A stretch of DNA of 63,737 nt, counting the filler, from Octopus bimaculoides (lineage: Eukaryota), in NCBI RefSeq assembly GCF_001194135.2. It is 6 parts of 4 records of this genome, joined end to end, with 100 filler letters (N's around TTAATTAATTAA, not from the genome) between each part and the next. Parts side by side here need not be neighbours in the genome. Positions count along the whole stretch, not along the records: positions 14,009 to 39,946 come from NC_068999.1; 5 more parts are not named here. One strand, written 5' to 3'. A program made the translations under genes and the position numbers. The notes beneath the pieces were generated by a model. It worked only from the letters and a program-made list of their open reading frames with translations, had not been told where the DNA came from and made no database searches. This document shows, piece by piece, positions 24,646-38,599 of the stretch (position 1 is the stretch's first letter; each line of letters opens with the position of its first letter).

Positions 24646-25195
24646 TATATATATATATAGTCAATTCAAATAAACAATCAATGCAAATAAATGAATAATA
24701 AAATTAACAGAGAAGAGGACGTGCACAAGGAATGTTCAGTAAAATGAGTAAAGGGTTTTGATGTTTCAATCAAAGCTCTTCGTCGGAAAGGAGAAAGGAA
24801 AAACAATCGCCAACACCACGTGTGTANNNNNNNNNNNNNNNNNNNNNNNNNNNNNNNNNNNNNNNNNNNNNNNNNNNNNNNNNNNNNNNNNNNNNNNNNN
24901 NNNNNNNNNNNNNNNNNNNNNNNNNNNNNNNNNNNNNNNNNNNNNNNNNNNNNNNNNNNNNNNNNNNNNNNNNNNNNNNNNNNNNNGTGAGAAAGGACAT
25001 ATTCTGTTTAAATGTAATTTCATTAAATTTCTATATCTTTGTGCAGCTGAAGATTGTTCTACATTTTATATTTGATGTAATGTTCACATTGCCTAATTGA
25101 ATGAAGTCGAGTCGCATGAAACGATCGTACTGCATTAACCTTGGATATCCTTGTTGCTTATTTTGACTATATATATATATGCATATAGGTCTGTA

Positions 25196-25245
<50 letters not shown>

Positions 25246-25603
25246 CACGCAGACACACACACTTACACATATATGTTTATAGATAGGCATATTTAATGAG
25301 TTCTTTAAAAGAATAACAAACAAAAATAATTTTGTTATTGGAATCATAATCTCTGATTATTTATGTTAATAATAAAGTCTTTGTATATTAGTTGTAGTTG
25401 ATTTTCTGGGAGAAAGACGGAAAGTAAAAAACCAAAAACAAAAGAAAACAAAAAAAAACAGTAGAAAAGAAAGAACTATCGAAGTGCGTGAGATTGTAAA
25501 GACTTACTTTAGACGTAATCAATAGTTTGGTTTCCGGCTTCTTAACTTCATATTTATGTATATCTATGTATTTATCCTATATTTGTATATTTACGTGTAT
25601 GTA

Positions 25604-25677
<74 letters not shown>

Positions 25678-25981
25678 TGTGTGTGTCTGTGTGTACGTAT
25701 ATGTATATATATATATATAAATTTATGTGAATATTTATATATACATGTATATTTACTTATGTACACTTATATATATATTTACATGTATGTTTATATATTT
25801 ATTTAATATTTTTATATATGCATATGTTTATACGTGTAATTACATGTATATATGTGTGTGTGTATTTCATATGTAACTATATATATATATTATATTATTC
25901 TATGTATTATATTTGTATATATATATATTTGTTCATGTATAATTACATGTCATGTATGTATATATGTATATTTATGTGTTT

Positions 25982-26028
<47 letters not shown>

Positions 26029-27355
26029 TTACTTGTTCTTATTTTTGCGTACATGATTACCTCCATGCTATTAGTTTATACTTCATTTTTTTCTTAACTC
26101 TACCTCCATGTGTTGTAAATCGTTTTTCATTTTTCATATATTTCTTATTTTATCTTTCTTTAATCTCCATATTCTCTACATTAGTTTTGTAGCCAACTTA
26201 TTTATTACACAATTTATTGTGTTTATATTTCTTCGTTTCTTTTTGCTTTTCGTTTTTTTTTCTTACTTTTAGCATTGCTTCTCCTACACGATTCTTCGTG
26301 ACATTCCTATTAGTAAGTTCACCAAAGTGTAAATGGATATTAATTTTGTTTAGTTGAAGGTTTGTTTTGCAATTTGTATATCGGGTTACTACTGTTATAT
26401 ACATTGCTTTATATGAAGAGTATTTGAAATCTTCTTCAGAAAACATAAAGAATAAAGCAATAAAGAATAACATAAAAAATATGGTAGAACTACAGGAAAA
26501 TAAAGACTAGGATCACACTGAAATAGTTAAGAAACCAACGGAAGTCATCTCCAGTGTAAACTAGTCAACAGTTACAAAACAAAAAAAACAAAAAACAAAG
26601 ACAAGAAAAATATATAAATAAAATTAAACTGTGTGTGAATGCAAATTACAAGAAGCTTTACAAGAGCCGCTCGTTTCAGTGACTTGAACCCGGTGTTGGT
26701 TACATAGAAAACTGGTGGCCATAGGATATAACATTCTCTTCGCAGATCCTATTAAATTTTGAAAATGAAATGTTTTGATAAACACTGACTTAAGGATCAT
26801 TCAATGTGTATCTGCATTTTTTAGACATGGATTATATATATATATAACAATTCCGATTTAGGCCAGATATTTGGATAATTTCAAATAGGTGGTGTGTAAA
26901 ATCACAGCCTTTACTGGAATTTGTATACGGGTATGTGTGACCCTACACACGTGCGCAAACACACACAAACGTACATACAAATACACATAAAATTCACACA
27001 CAAACAAACACATATGTACACGAAAACAATGATATGCATAAATATATGTATGTAGGTATGTTTGTATATAAATATATATGTTTATATGTATATAATCGTG
27101 CATCTATGAATGCATGAATATATGTACGTGTGAATGTTTGTATCTATGTAGGCATGCGTGTATATGTGAGTATGTATGAATGTATGTATGTATTTATTTA
27201 TTTATGTATGTACGTATGCATGCATATACGTTTCGATATAATCGATGGGGAAAGAATAGTTTGCCATGAAACTATTTTCTCTAATTGGAATTTCCAAAGC
27301 TAAAATTGCTGAGAATTGCATCTTCCTCAGCTGACAGATAGAAAATCCAATTTAC

Positions 27356-27524
27356 TTCATCTAAGACAGTTTTATGTATTTTTTCTTTTGCTTGTCGTCT
27401 TAAATTCACCAAAGTTATCAAGCTTAGCTTGTTAAACCTTAAACCCTTGATACTTTCACGAGATACACTTGTGACTGGAGTTGCAAAAACGGGCCTATAA
27501 TTTGTACTGGGAAGCTTAACAAGG
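27356..27524 (-). CDS. Candidate orphan coding exon (169 nt), product unknown
   Basis: Acceptor tatttcag, open frame LVKLPSTNYRPVFATPVTSVSRESIKGLRFNKLSLITLVNLRRQAKEKIHKTVLDE, donor GAA/gtaaat. No homolog recognised. Confidence 0.3.
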
Positions 27525-28148
27525 CTGAAATATATATAAACATAAATATGTATGTTTATAAATTTGCAAATAAACTCGAAGGTTGTAAGTTACGGAGAAG
27601 AGCGATACTCATAGGTCCTTTTAAATAATAACTATAATCGTATATTATTTATAATAATGTACGTTCCATTTAAGGAAACTAAACCTAAACAATTGGCTGA
27701 AAAACAGATGGGCGAACCGCTGGGATTTAAACTCGATATCAATGTTCCCATGGTTCCCTACACATCCAATTCACCCGCATAGTTTACCCATATATTTCAG
27801 TCAATTTTAATGTATAGATAATATATGTATGTATGTATGTATGTACGTATGTATGTATGTATGTATGTATAGAATTTGAAAATACTACACGATTAGGTGA
27901 AAAGCGCTTTATTTAATATGTGACATTAATAAAAATCTGTAAATGTACCAACATCCAGATTTCTGAGTACCTTAATTTTTTTCTATATAATTTCTGTACA
28001 TCACCTCCAAACCNNNNNNNNNNNNNNNNNNNNNNNNNNNNNNNNNNNNNNNNNNNNNNNNNNNNNNNNNNNNNNNNNNNNNNNNNNNNNNNNNNNNNNN
28101 NNNNNNNNNNNNNNNNNNNNNATATATATATATATATATATATATATA

Positions 28149-29029
28149 CAGGGTGTGGTGGGTAAATTATCGCCGTTTTATATTCTTAATTCCGCGCATG
28201 CACGATGCTTGTCTTTGATTTTGTCAAGCTACGCAGTATAGTAGAGTCAGTTGAGAACCGTCTGTAAGAAAATACAGCGCCATGATGCAACTCTCTCTAC
28301 CAGAAATTTGGAAACGAGATGCTGTACTTCTTAGCATTCGCGCCGGAAGTTCCAATACGAACAGATGGTGAACACACAGAAATGCCGTTGGATTGCCGTG
28401 TTGCCAAAACATGTACCAAGAGTGATAAAAATCCAACATCCAGTCAATAGCATGGAGTTTGTAGTGACCCCTAGTGATGCCGACGTTATGCCTTCCTACA
28501 TCTTCCCACATAGTCTCACACTCAATACGGAGGCCTACATAAAGTGCCTGGAGGAGGTAGTGTTGTCCTGGGTCAAGAGGCTGGCTGCTCGTAGATCCTA
28601 TATCTGGCAACAAGAATCTGCACCATGCCAAACAAGTAGAATAATCCAGTCATGGTTGTCAGACAATTTCTGCAACCACATCACCCCTAACATCTGGCCA
28701 CCAAACTCCCCAGACTGCAACTCCCTTGATTATTATGTATGGGGTGTAACTGAGTGAGAGACCAACAAAATTCCTTATAACACCAAAGATGAATTGAGGG
28801 CAAAGATTATGGCAGCATTCACCAACTTAATGGAGACCGGCCAGAAGAGTTGCAGGAGATTCCGTAGTTATCTGGAGGCTGTGATTGATACCAATGGTGA
28901 TTTTATTGAAAAAATTTAGTCTCTAGTATTTCAAAATATTTCTATGCAATTTTCGTTAATATATCTGTTAAAATGAGATGTCAGTATTATTTCATTTTTG
29001 CGAAATTTAGACGACAATATATTCACCGC

Positions 29030-29035
<6 letters not shown>
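28149..29035 (+). mobile_element. Tc1/mariner maT-type (DD37D) transposon, internally deleted
   Basis: WQQESAP...WPPNSPDCNSLDYYVWG with 37 residues between the second and third catalytic positions (the second is mutated to E). Degenerate TIRs cagggtgtggtg / caccgcaccct in TA runs. Confidence 0.85.
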
Positions 29036-29060
<25 letters not shown>

Positions 29061-30413
29061 NNNNNNNNNNNNNNNNNNNNNNNNNNNNNNNNNNNNNNNN
29101 NNNNNNNNNNNNNNNNNNNNNNNNNNNNNNNNNNNNNNNNNNNNNNNNNNNNNNNNNNNNNNNNNNNNNNNNNNNNNNNNNNNNNNNNNNNNNNNNNNNN
29201 NNNNNNNNNNNNNNNNNNNNNNNNNNNNNNNNNNNNNNNNNNNNNNNNNNNNNNNNNNNNNNNNNNNNNNNNNNNNNNNNNNNNNNNNNNNNNNNNNNNN
29301 NNNNNNNNNNNNNNNNNNNNNNNNNNNNNNNNNNNNNNNNNNNNNNNNNNNNNNNNNNNNNNNNNNNNNNNNNNNNNNNNNNNNNNNNNNNNNNNNNNNN
29401 NNNNNNNNNNNNNNTATATATATATATATATAAATTAAAAAAAGCTGGGATTAGACAATAATATAATCAACGATACCAACAAGAATCTATGTTGTGGTTC
29501 ATTCTACCAGAAACAGGAGCTTAATAGATCTCGTTATCTGTTTTCGTGCCATATTAAAACATTTAGATACATTTATGCATTAAATATATTTGATATATAC
29601 AAAAAAGTAAAAAACCAAAAACGAAAAAAAGAAAACAAAAATGAAATGAAAACCAAAAAGAAAATGCAGCAGGATCGTTAAGTTTGGAGTGACTTTTCAC
29701 GTGCGTTCAGTCGGAATTCAATGTGAGTGAAAAATAACAAGTTTTATGATGTGTAGATTGTTGGAAAAGAAGACATGTCTGGTTGGCTAAGATAGTGGAT
29801 CACGTCGTTGCCGAGATGGCACCTTTTGTGCCAACCATTTTCCCTCTACTCCGTAATTTAAAGATACAAGCATCACAAATGAGTATCGGTTGGTAGAATT
29901 GTACCATGCTTTCGCAAATAGCCAGTAGAGCATCCAAGATATAATGGAAAGAGGTGTGAATCAGCACCGGATTGGTACCTTTTGATGGTTCCCGAGAGGA
30001 AAAAGATGTAAAGTGCATCCCGGTTTATTTCAACTCAACGTGCAAGCAGTTAGAACAAATGATGCCACTCATTTTTTATCAGACATGATCAACGAATTGG
30101 TGGTTGGGTTACTTGTATTGAATTCAAATACAGCTCCAAACAATTCACCGAGTTTCTGTACAGATTACTGTGTTTCTACACGATCTAAGGAAGCCACATC
30201 TAGATGCTCTCTTAACCTGTTAGATATAGTAGACAAGTAGCTCTCAAAGCATTCTGTATGGTCTTATATAAGGGCAGGACATTTTCGTTAATATAATTCT
30301 ATATATCGTTAACAAGAAGAGATGTCGACGACAGAAAAACAATTTGATTATTGGTCTGTTCTATCGGGGTTGAGTTAGGTTCAATTAAATAAACAAACAA
30401 ACAAAACAACAGC

Positions 30414-30454
<41 letters not shown>

Positions 30455-31734
30455 CCATGTTAATAAAAATAATAACAACATGTCATTATCTGATCTTTAT
30501 ATCAGAAGAAAAAAAAAAGAGAAAAGCAAAAAGAAAATGATTATTTTTTATCGATGAAGTGATTGTTTAGAATAGAAAATCAACGAAAAATGAAAAAAAA
30601 GAAATGTTTGTTTTCTAATTTGTAGTTTCAAATAAAAACAAATGTAAAACTATCAGCAAACAACAGCAAAAAATACAAAACTAACAATTACAAAATATAT
30701 TAAAAAAAAAAATCTTTCTATCACTACTCGATTAAAAACTTGCAACAACAACAACAAGAAAGAAACAACAAAACGTCTTAAAAGAAAAAGAAAATCACGC
30801 ACAAAAAAACAAAACAAACACTAAATAAATAGAAATCGAGTGAAATCATCATTGAGCTCAACTACCAATGTTGTAGCAATTAGATATTAGTGCAAATTGG
30901 ATGTGTCAATTAACAGATTCTAACTAATGCTAATTTCACAGTGAAATCATATTAAGAAAGATGCCAGCAGTTTTTACTAATTACCTGAATGTCACACAAA
31001 GTTTTGCTTTTTCATCTTGCTGACCTCATTCCCTTAATTCGGTTACCTTCAAAGCAACAACAACAACAACAACAGTAACAAAACTCTTATTCAAATTTAA
31101 CAGATATTGGGGACGAATAAATATATTAATTATTGTTAATGTTTTTTTGTTTTTTTTGCTTCTGCTGTTGTTTTTGCTTAACCCAAGTTCAGACCAGAAT
31201 GCATGATCAAATGCGCTCCAGCTGTGACCATCAGTTGCGATTTTTAATTTTAATTTTCATTTTATTTTTCTCAACATAATTCAATTTCTTCCTATGACTT
31301 AAGATTGATCTTTGAAGAGGGGAGGAAATTCAGCTGCCCTATCTTGTTGATTAAGCGGCTGCATAGTGGCAATCCAAACCCATTGAACACTTGATCGAAA
31401 GCACTTGTGGTTGAAGGTGTTCCAAATGTGGCCATCAAAGATATTTTTTCTAGACTTTGTTACGCAATATTCTTGCGTTTCATGAGAATGGTGCGAAAGT
31501 TTAGGGAGATTTCCAGTTGTTATTTCTTGCATGTCAGTCTTCTCTGTAGATCTTCATCTGTTCAGCTCTCGTGAGAACTTCTTACCCCTTAAGGACCGAC
31601 GAGTAGGCTGTTTCTCGAGAGATTCTACGGCCTGTAGTTTCGCCAGACATACATACATATATATAATCAATGTATCTAGCAATGTTTAGACACAAAAACC
31701 ATCGCATTTATATAGCAAGATACATAGAGAGGTG

Positions 31735-31785
<51 letters not shown>

Positions 31786-32029
31786 CACGCGCGCATACAT
31801 ACAAGCATACGTACATGTATGCACACATACACACACATAAAGTGTTGGTGTGTGTATACATGTGAAGTGTATTTATGTGTACGCATATATAACTCGGTGT
31901 GTATCTGTGTGTCTCTGTCTATTAACCACACAGTAACACCGTCTCTCTTATCTCTCTCTGTTCAATCCTCCATAACAACATCCTAATCAAAAACAATCGC
32001 AAATTCCGCACTGTTTGCGCTAACACCAT

Positions 32030-32222
32030 TTACTATTATCATTATTATCATCATCATCATCATCATTATCATTATCATTATTATTATCATCATCATCATC
32101 ATCATTATTATTATTATCATTATTATTATTATTATCATTATTATTATTATCATTATCATTATTATCATTATTATCATTATTATTATCATCATCATCATCA
32201 TCATCATCATCACCACCATCAT

Positions 32223-32304
<82 letters not shown>

Positions 32305-32340
32305 GCTGTTGTTGTTGTTGCTGCTGTTGTTATCTCTATT
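32030..32340. repeat. Compound (ATC/ATT/ACC/GTT)n microsatellite
   Basis: Direct inspection. Confidence 0.95.
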
Positions 32341-32390
32341 TTTCCCATTGTTTATATTTCACACATTCCTAAATATGTCTAGTTTCAGTA

Positions 32391-32430
<40 letters not shown>

Positions 32431-32792
32431 CTGTCTCTGTCTGTCTCTCTCTCACACATACACACACACAATGTTTCTCTCTCTTCCTCTTTCTGATTCT
32501 GCTGGGTTTTTCTGTTGGCTTCTCTTTCTTTTCCGTTAACTACATTTTGAGATAGGAAAATCAATCAATCAAGCAATCAGTCAATCTACTGATATGATTG
32601 GTCGTCTGCAGACCCACACACACGTACACACAGACACTCACACAAACATACACACATACACAAGCACACATGCACACACAGACACACACGCACAGACACA
32701 CACACACACACAAACGCGTATTGATACTGGCACCATACTTACGCGTACATATATATGTGTGTGAATGTATACTCATATAGAATATGCGCATG

Positions 32793-32824
<32 letters not shown>

Positions 32825-33285
32825 NNNNNNNNNNNNNNNNNNNNNNNNNNNNNNNNNNNNNNNNNNNNNNNNNNNNNNNNNNNNNNNNNNNNNNNNNNNN
32901 NNNNNNNNNNNNNNNNNNNNNNNNNNNNNNNNNNNNNNNNNNNNNNNNNNNNNNNNNNNNNNNNNNNNNNNNNNNNNNNNNNNNNNNNNNNNNNNNNNNN
33001 NNNNNNNNNNNNNNNNNNNNNNNNNNNNNNNNNNNNNNNNNNNNNNNNNNNNNNNNNNNNNNNNNNNNNNNNNNNNNNNNNNNNNNNNNNNNNNNNNNNN
33101 NNNNNNNNNNNNNNNNNNNNNNNNNNNNNNNNNNNNNNNNNNNNNNNNNNNNNNNNNNNNNNNNNNNNNNNNNNNNNNNNNNNNNNNNNNNNNNNNNNNN
33201 NNNNNNNNNNNNNNNNNNNNNNNNNNNNNNNNNNNNNNNNNNNNNNNNNNNNNNNNNNNNNNNNNNNNNNNNNNNNNNNNNNNNN

Positions 33286-33357
<72 letters not shown>

Positions 33358-33479
33358 GTTTTTCTTGCAATACATCAGCATTCTCACGTTTGTCTGTTTT
33401 TACGTAAATCATTTGTTACATCGGTTTGTTCTGATTTCTGGTACAAATAGGAATCTGCGTTAAAAATACAAGTGTCGTC

Positions 33480-35110
33480 AGATTCTCCTTCATTGGACAC
33501 TCACATGTACTGGCAGCGGCATTCCTATTCAACTGGACAATATCTGACAAGGTTTGATATCAATATCTGGCAAGAACAATATCTGACAAGGTATTGATAC
33601 AAAATTGCTGTTTTTTATTGGAATATTCCACCAATATTTATCAAGACGGGAATACATTCTGGTTCTACTGTACATCGCCATTAAGACTATACTTTTTGCG
33701 GTTAGCATTGGCTAACAGTTTGACAACAATTTCATGTCTCATGGGAAAGTAGCACCTTTCGGACATTTTTGAACTTCTGTTAATGATGGGAGTGACATAT
33801 TGCACACTGCTATACCACAATGGACATTTTCTATTACAATGTAATTGTTCGCAGACATCCTTATATCTTTTATTGATCAGATATTTGGCAGTTATATCAT
33901 GTTCCGAAGTAAGGAAGGCATATTCTTGAAGGTGCAATCTAATGCATAATTCACAGATCCAAGGGAGGTTACTCTTTCTACCAATGTTCTTGGTATCCTC
34001 TTGCCTTCGTTTTGTGTGTTTATCTCTCCGCCATGAATGTTTTACCTCTGTGTTTCTGTTGAATTAGTATACCCACTCATGATTTCCTAACATCCTGTCA
34101 ATAGCTCTTTTGTCATCGATACGAAGCACCACACTCTGGATCTTTCGACTGATTTTATGTTTGTGCCGCCATCCCTTTCCTAACAGGTCCTGTCAGTTTC
34201 TCTGTTGATAGAATTCTACCCACTTGTGATGAGCATATTTGTAGTCCTGAGTCCAAATTACTGACCACTCAGGTGTCTTTGTTGATATAAATGCATCCTA
34301 TTGTATCTAGAATATTAATAGTTTTGATGCCCAAGTTGCAGATTGCTTAAAATATCCTGTTTAGTTTCCCAAACTTTGCTACTAGCACAAGCACTACGGA
34401 AAATATTAAGAGATATATTCTTAATATGTGTACATCTCTGGTTTTCATACGTACTGAATCTTGCTGATGTGTTGTTTTTTTTTGTCAGTCTAACTTTACT
34501 CAGAGCACCGATGTATTCTCATCAAATCCGAGACACTTGTAGCATTAGTTAATTGAGATGGATGGTGGGCACAGACATCCCATTGTCATCCATGTTTCTC
34601 ATTCGGTGATCATTCTTTATTCAAGTGATTTTCATATGGGAACATTTATCCATTCCTATGTTTCTAACAATGTGACCAGATCTAACTCGTTTTTAATGCG
34701 TAAATATTACAGCTTCAATTTGCCCACAAACATGGCGTGTGTAACATAAATTTCTGTCTAATTTACTATTCAAGAAATGTAGCTTAAGGCTTCTTTTCAA
34801 CTGTACTGACAAAGGGTTTACTGTAAGAACGAACAAAACTACAAACAAATTGTCAACAAAGAACATGCCTATGGGTAACCAGCTTCTGTCTGGGATTACA
34901 CTCGTTAGATCAGTTCCAGAAGATAGTTGTATACAATATGATGTAAAACAGTCTTTTAATAATATTCACTACAACAGATGGAAACTAAGACATGGCTCTT
35001 TGACTTTAATATTGAAGCAAAGAATCAAAGAGCTTTATATAAACTTGGTCATATTTTTAATAGACTTAGGCGATACAGAATTTGCTTCATTAAGGATTGC
35101 TTAAGATGTA
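33480..35110 (-). mobile_element. Highly degenerate RLE-type (R4/NeSL-like) LINE: RT, CCHC and RLE regions
   Basis: Minus strand: GMFFVDNLFVVLFVLTVNPLS (GIFQGDSLS-like), THAMFVGKLKL (THLLFVDDLKL-like), VQYVTPIINR...RHEIVVK (knuckle remnant). Confidence 0.7.
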
Positions 35111-35433
35111 CTATTCGGCTCATGAATGTATAAGTGGGTCACGTGAGTGATGTACATTTCAGTTGATGAACGCCTACATATATATATGTGAATATATGTG
35201 TGTGTGTGTGTGTGTGTGCCATTATGTAACAATATGTACCTGTGATTCTTGTAATGATTAAGTATCCTATGTTATTGTGTGTGGTGGTGGTGGAGTAAGA
35301 AATGAATCTAATCATTAGACAACATTCATACGTCATTTGGCATATATTGTGCATGATCGAGGTGAGCTGTGGTAAGAAAGAATCATAGGCTGTGTTCAGA
35401 AACCCATTCTTGATGCAAGTAACGGATTTGAAC

Positions 35434-35471
<38 letters not shown>

Positions 35472-35859
35472 TTCCATTTATTCTTTTATACGTATCAGTC
35501 ATGAGGCTGTGGCCATGCTGGAGCACGCATGCATACACACATTCATATTGTGTGTCTGTGTTTGTGAAATACGGTATATCTAGGGTTGTATAATCTCCCC
35601 GCCACCTGTTTTAGACATTAGAATGTATTTTAAATGAGTGTTAGCTGCTACTTCTAGCAGGTTGAATGACAGAATAGTAATGAATCTGTTGTATCGTTCA
35701 CTTGGGCACGTTTATTGATATTTCGCCACTTAGCACTACGTCCAGGGGCCAAACAGCTTCGATTCTTTAGCCATCGATGTAGAGCTGTGTTGTTGCTGAC
35801 AGGAAACGATCTTAGGTCCCTTGAGTGAACAAACTCTATTGCAGTGTTTATGCAATAAC

Positions 35860-36900
35860 ATTTTAGAATATCGAAGAAACTATTAAACTACGCCTTATTT
35901 TATGGAATGAAACTGGTGGATTCCTCAGAAGTATCCAACGAAACTATGAAATTTTACAACTCCATGGGATTAACTTGAACTTTGCTTCCATATTGAAGCC
36001 AAGCTGCATGATTATGCTTTCCTGTACAACAAGAGAAGTAGATTAATGTGAAATATCCCATGAAACTATAGGATTACACTTTGATAGCGAACAAAGTCGT
36101 TGCTATATGATATAAGATAAAATCCGATAAGCAAGCAAGGATTACGTTAGAGGATGTACAAAACGGAAGGTTTACTCAACGATATTACCCGTGACCCTCA
36201 AAATATGACCAACTCTCAATATTAAATCATTAATGTCTTCTAATGAATATTTAAGATTATATTATTATGATAACCAATAAAATCGAAGGCTGATTCTGAA
36301 GTAATCAAAGATATGATGAAGGTTACACAACAATATCAAATGCAAACCGATTATACCTCATACATTCAGTAAAATTAAATGATTAATAACTTGTGTCTAA
36401 TGAAATCGTATGGAAACTCTAATATCTGCTCGCCATATCTCGCAGAATTACTACAGTAGACGACGAAGATGTGTGGATACTCGGAAATTTCAACGGAAAT
36501 TGTGATCATTCTGTGGATATTAAGATAAACAATAAAGTATAGTTTTACGATATCCAACGCAAATAGATAATAATCGATAAAATCAACTGACAAGATCTCG
36601 TTAATAATTTCGTATTGTATAGTAGTGGAATATTTTGAAGGGAAGACTATCATATATGCTATGACGTCATCCGTGTTTGATTATCGAAACATATCCTATT
36701 ATATAAATTGTTTCTCATATTGATAGTCAAAAATATGGCGAGAGGGTCTAAGTCGATTAATTCGACTTTAGTACTTCACTAAAACTACTTTGATTTATGA
36801 AGCCCGGAGAGATGAAAGGCAAAGTTATGATCGGAGGGATTTCAATTCGGAAGATAAAGAGCTGAAAGAATTATCGCTAGGTATTTTGTCCGACGCTGTA
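35860..36900 (+). mobile_element. Degenerate L1/Tx1-like APE endonuclease remnant
   Basis: LRLILWNETGG, IEAKL, VWILGNFNGNCDHSVD (GDFN-like) and DLVNNFVL occur in the expected order, with many stops. Confidence 0.5.
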
Positions 36901-37189
36901 ATGAATCTATCAATCCACCTTGTGTACATACGTCTGCATATACATGTACAAATANNNNNNNNNNNNNNNNNNNNNNNNNNNNNNNNNNNNNNNNNNNNNN
37001 NNNNNNNNNNNNNNNNNNNNNNNNNNNNNNNNNNNNNNNNNNNNNNNNNNNNNNNNNNNNNNNNNNNNNNNNNNNNNNNNNNNNNNNNNNNNTATATATA
37101 TATATATATTTACATACATACATACATATACATACATACATACATACATATATACATATATATACACATGTATGTATGTATGTATGTGT

Positions 37190-38287
37190 TGTGTTGGAAA
37201 GAAAGAGTTATCGGGTTTCAAGATAAATAAATAAACGCTTCATTGGTCTTGTTAGATATATTAAATCAAGATGATACTTCTTTTCATTATTGATACAAAT
37301 CCCATCTGGTTGGCAAATCGTTGATCCTTGGCCTACAAAATTCTTCAGGTTTCAAAGCAAAGAAAAACGCTGTAACATTTTTTACTTCTCGAGTTATACG
37401 GTATTTCCTCTCTAAATAATGTTGCAATTGTCTGAGAAAATGATTTCCAAACAAAGCAAGGTCAGGTGAGTAGGGAATGTGAGACAAAACTTTCATATTT
37501 AATGCCATGATCTTTTCCTGGGTCACACTACCGTGTAAGAGCAACATTTTTTTTCCCGTTTGACCAATGACGGGTGTTTTTCCTGCAAATTTCTGCTGTT
37601 TTCCTAATGGATAACAATACTTCTCTCCAACTGTTTTATTTTGGTTTAACGCTTCCTGATAGAGAACGAGTTTCATCCCCAACCCCTCAAACACAGACTC
37701 ACTTGAGATGATATTATTCAGCAAGTCTACTTCTCAGCTTAATAAAAGAGTTGCCCTCGGTGCGAGGGCCACACTTTTATTAAACTGGGAAGCAACCAAT
37801 TGATGAGAGACTCATTGGCCAGGTTTAAACTCTTTTCTTAGTTTATATTATCGACGTGTGACTGAAATGCAAATGTCTTGTTAATTTTCGTGAACTTTCC
37901 TTTGCGTTGTCTTCATCTACGGTTTTCAGAATCTCAATACTGACACACCTTTGTCATCCAGATAAAGGATAGTGTGCCACTAACCAAACAATCGTTAGCA
38001 TATCTGCACACATAGAGCTTCTTTTCAATAGTCAGAACAAATATTTATTTCCGCTTCCATTCCTGAAAAATCGCTTATGAATTTATTCAGCATGCAAGGT
38101 CTTAGATGAATCTAAACTCTTTTTGAAAAGCTGCAATCGATGCAAATAGTATAAGGTAAATATGCGCAGAAAGAACAAAAAAAAAACAATATAAAAACTA
38201 ATGCTTCTTTTACTGTAAGGATTGAAAGGGAGGGCACGAAAATGATTATGTCATGCCTATGATGCGACACGACTTAGCTTCCAACGT
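37190..38287 (-). mobile_element. Mariner transposon remnant
   Basis: LLLHGS...KVLSHIPYSPDLALFGNHFLRQLQHYL (YSPDLAPSD-like); degenerate GTTGGAA terminal motifs on opposite strands. Confidence 0.8.
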
Positions 38288-38599
38288 TATATATATATAT
38301 ATATATATATNNNNNNNNNNNNNNNNNNNNNNNNNNNNNNNNNNNNNNNNNNNNNNNNNNNNNNNNNNNNNNNNNNNNNNNNNNNNNNNNNNNNNNNNNN
38401 NNNNNNNNNNNNNNNNNNNNNNNNNNNNNNNNNNNNNNNNNNNNNNNNNNNNNNNNNNNNNNNNNNNNNNNNNNNNNNNNNNNNNNNNNNNNNNNNNNNN
38501 NNNNNNNNNNNNNNNNNNNNNNNNNNNNNAAATGATGGTCTAATTCGACTAATAGACATGTAATACATCGGAGGATTGGAGGATTCCAAGTGCTAACCT

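Noticed and set aside
30985-31050. Minus-strand exon candidate with AG/gtaatt donor
   Set aside because: Stops in all three phases from the available acceptor.
31280-31640. GC-richer island with LVVEG / RCSKCGH strings
   Set aside because: Possibly a LINE ORF1 zinc-knuckle relic, but the motifs are in different frames and too short to call.
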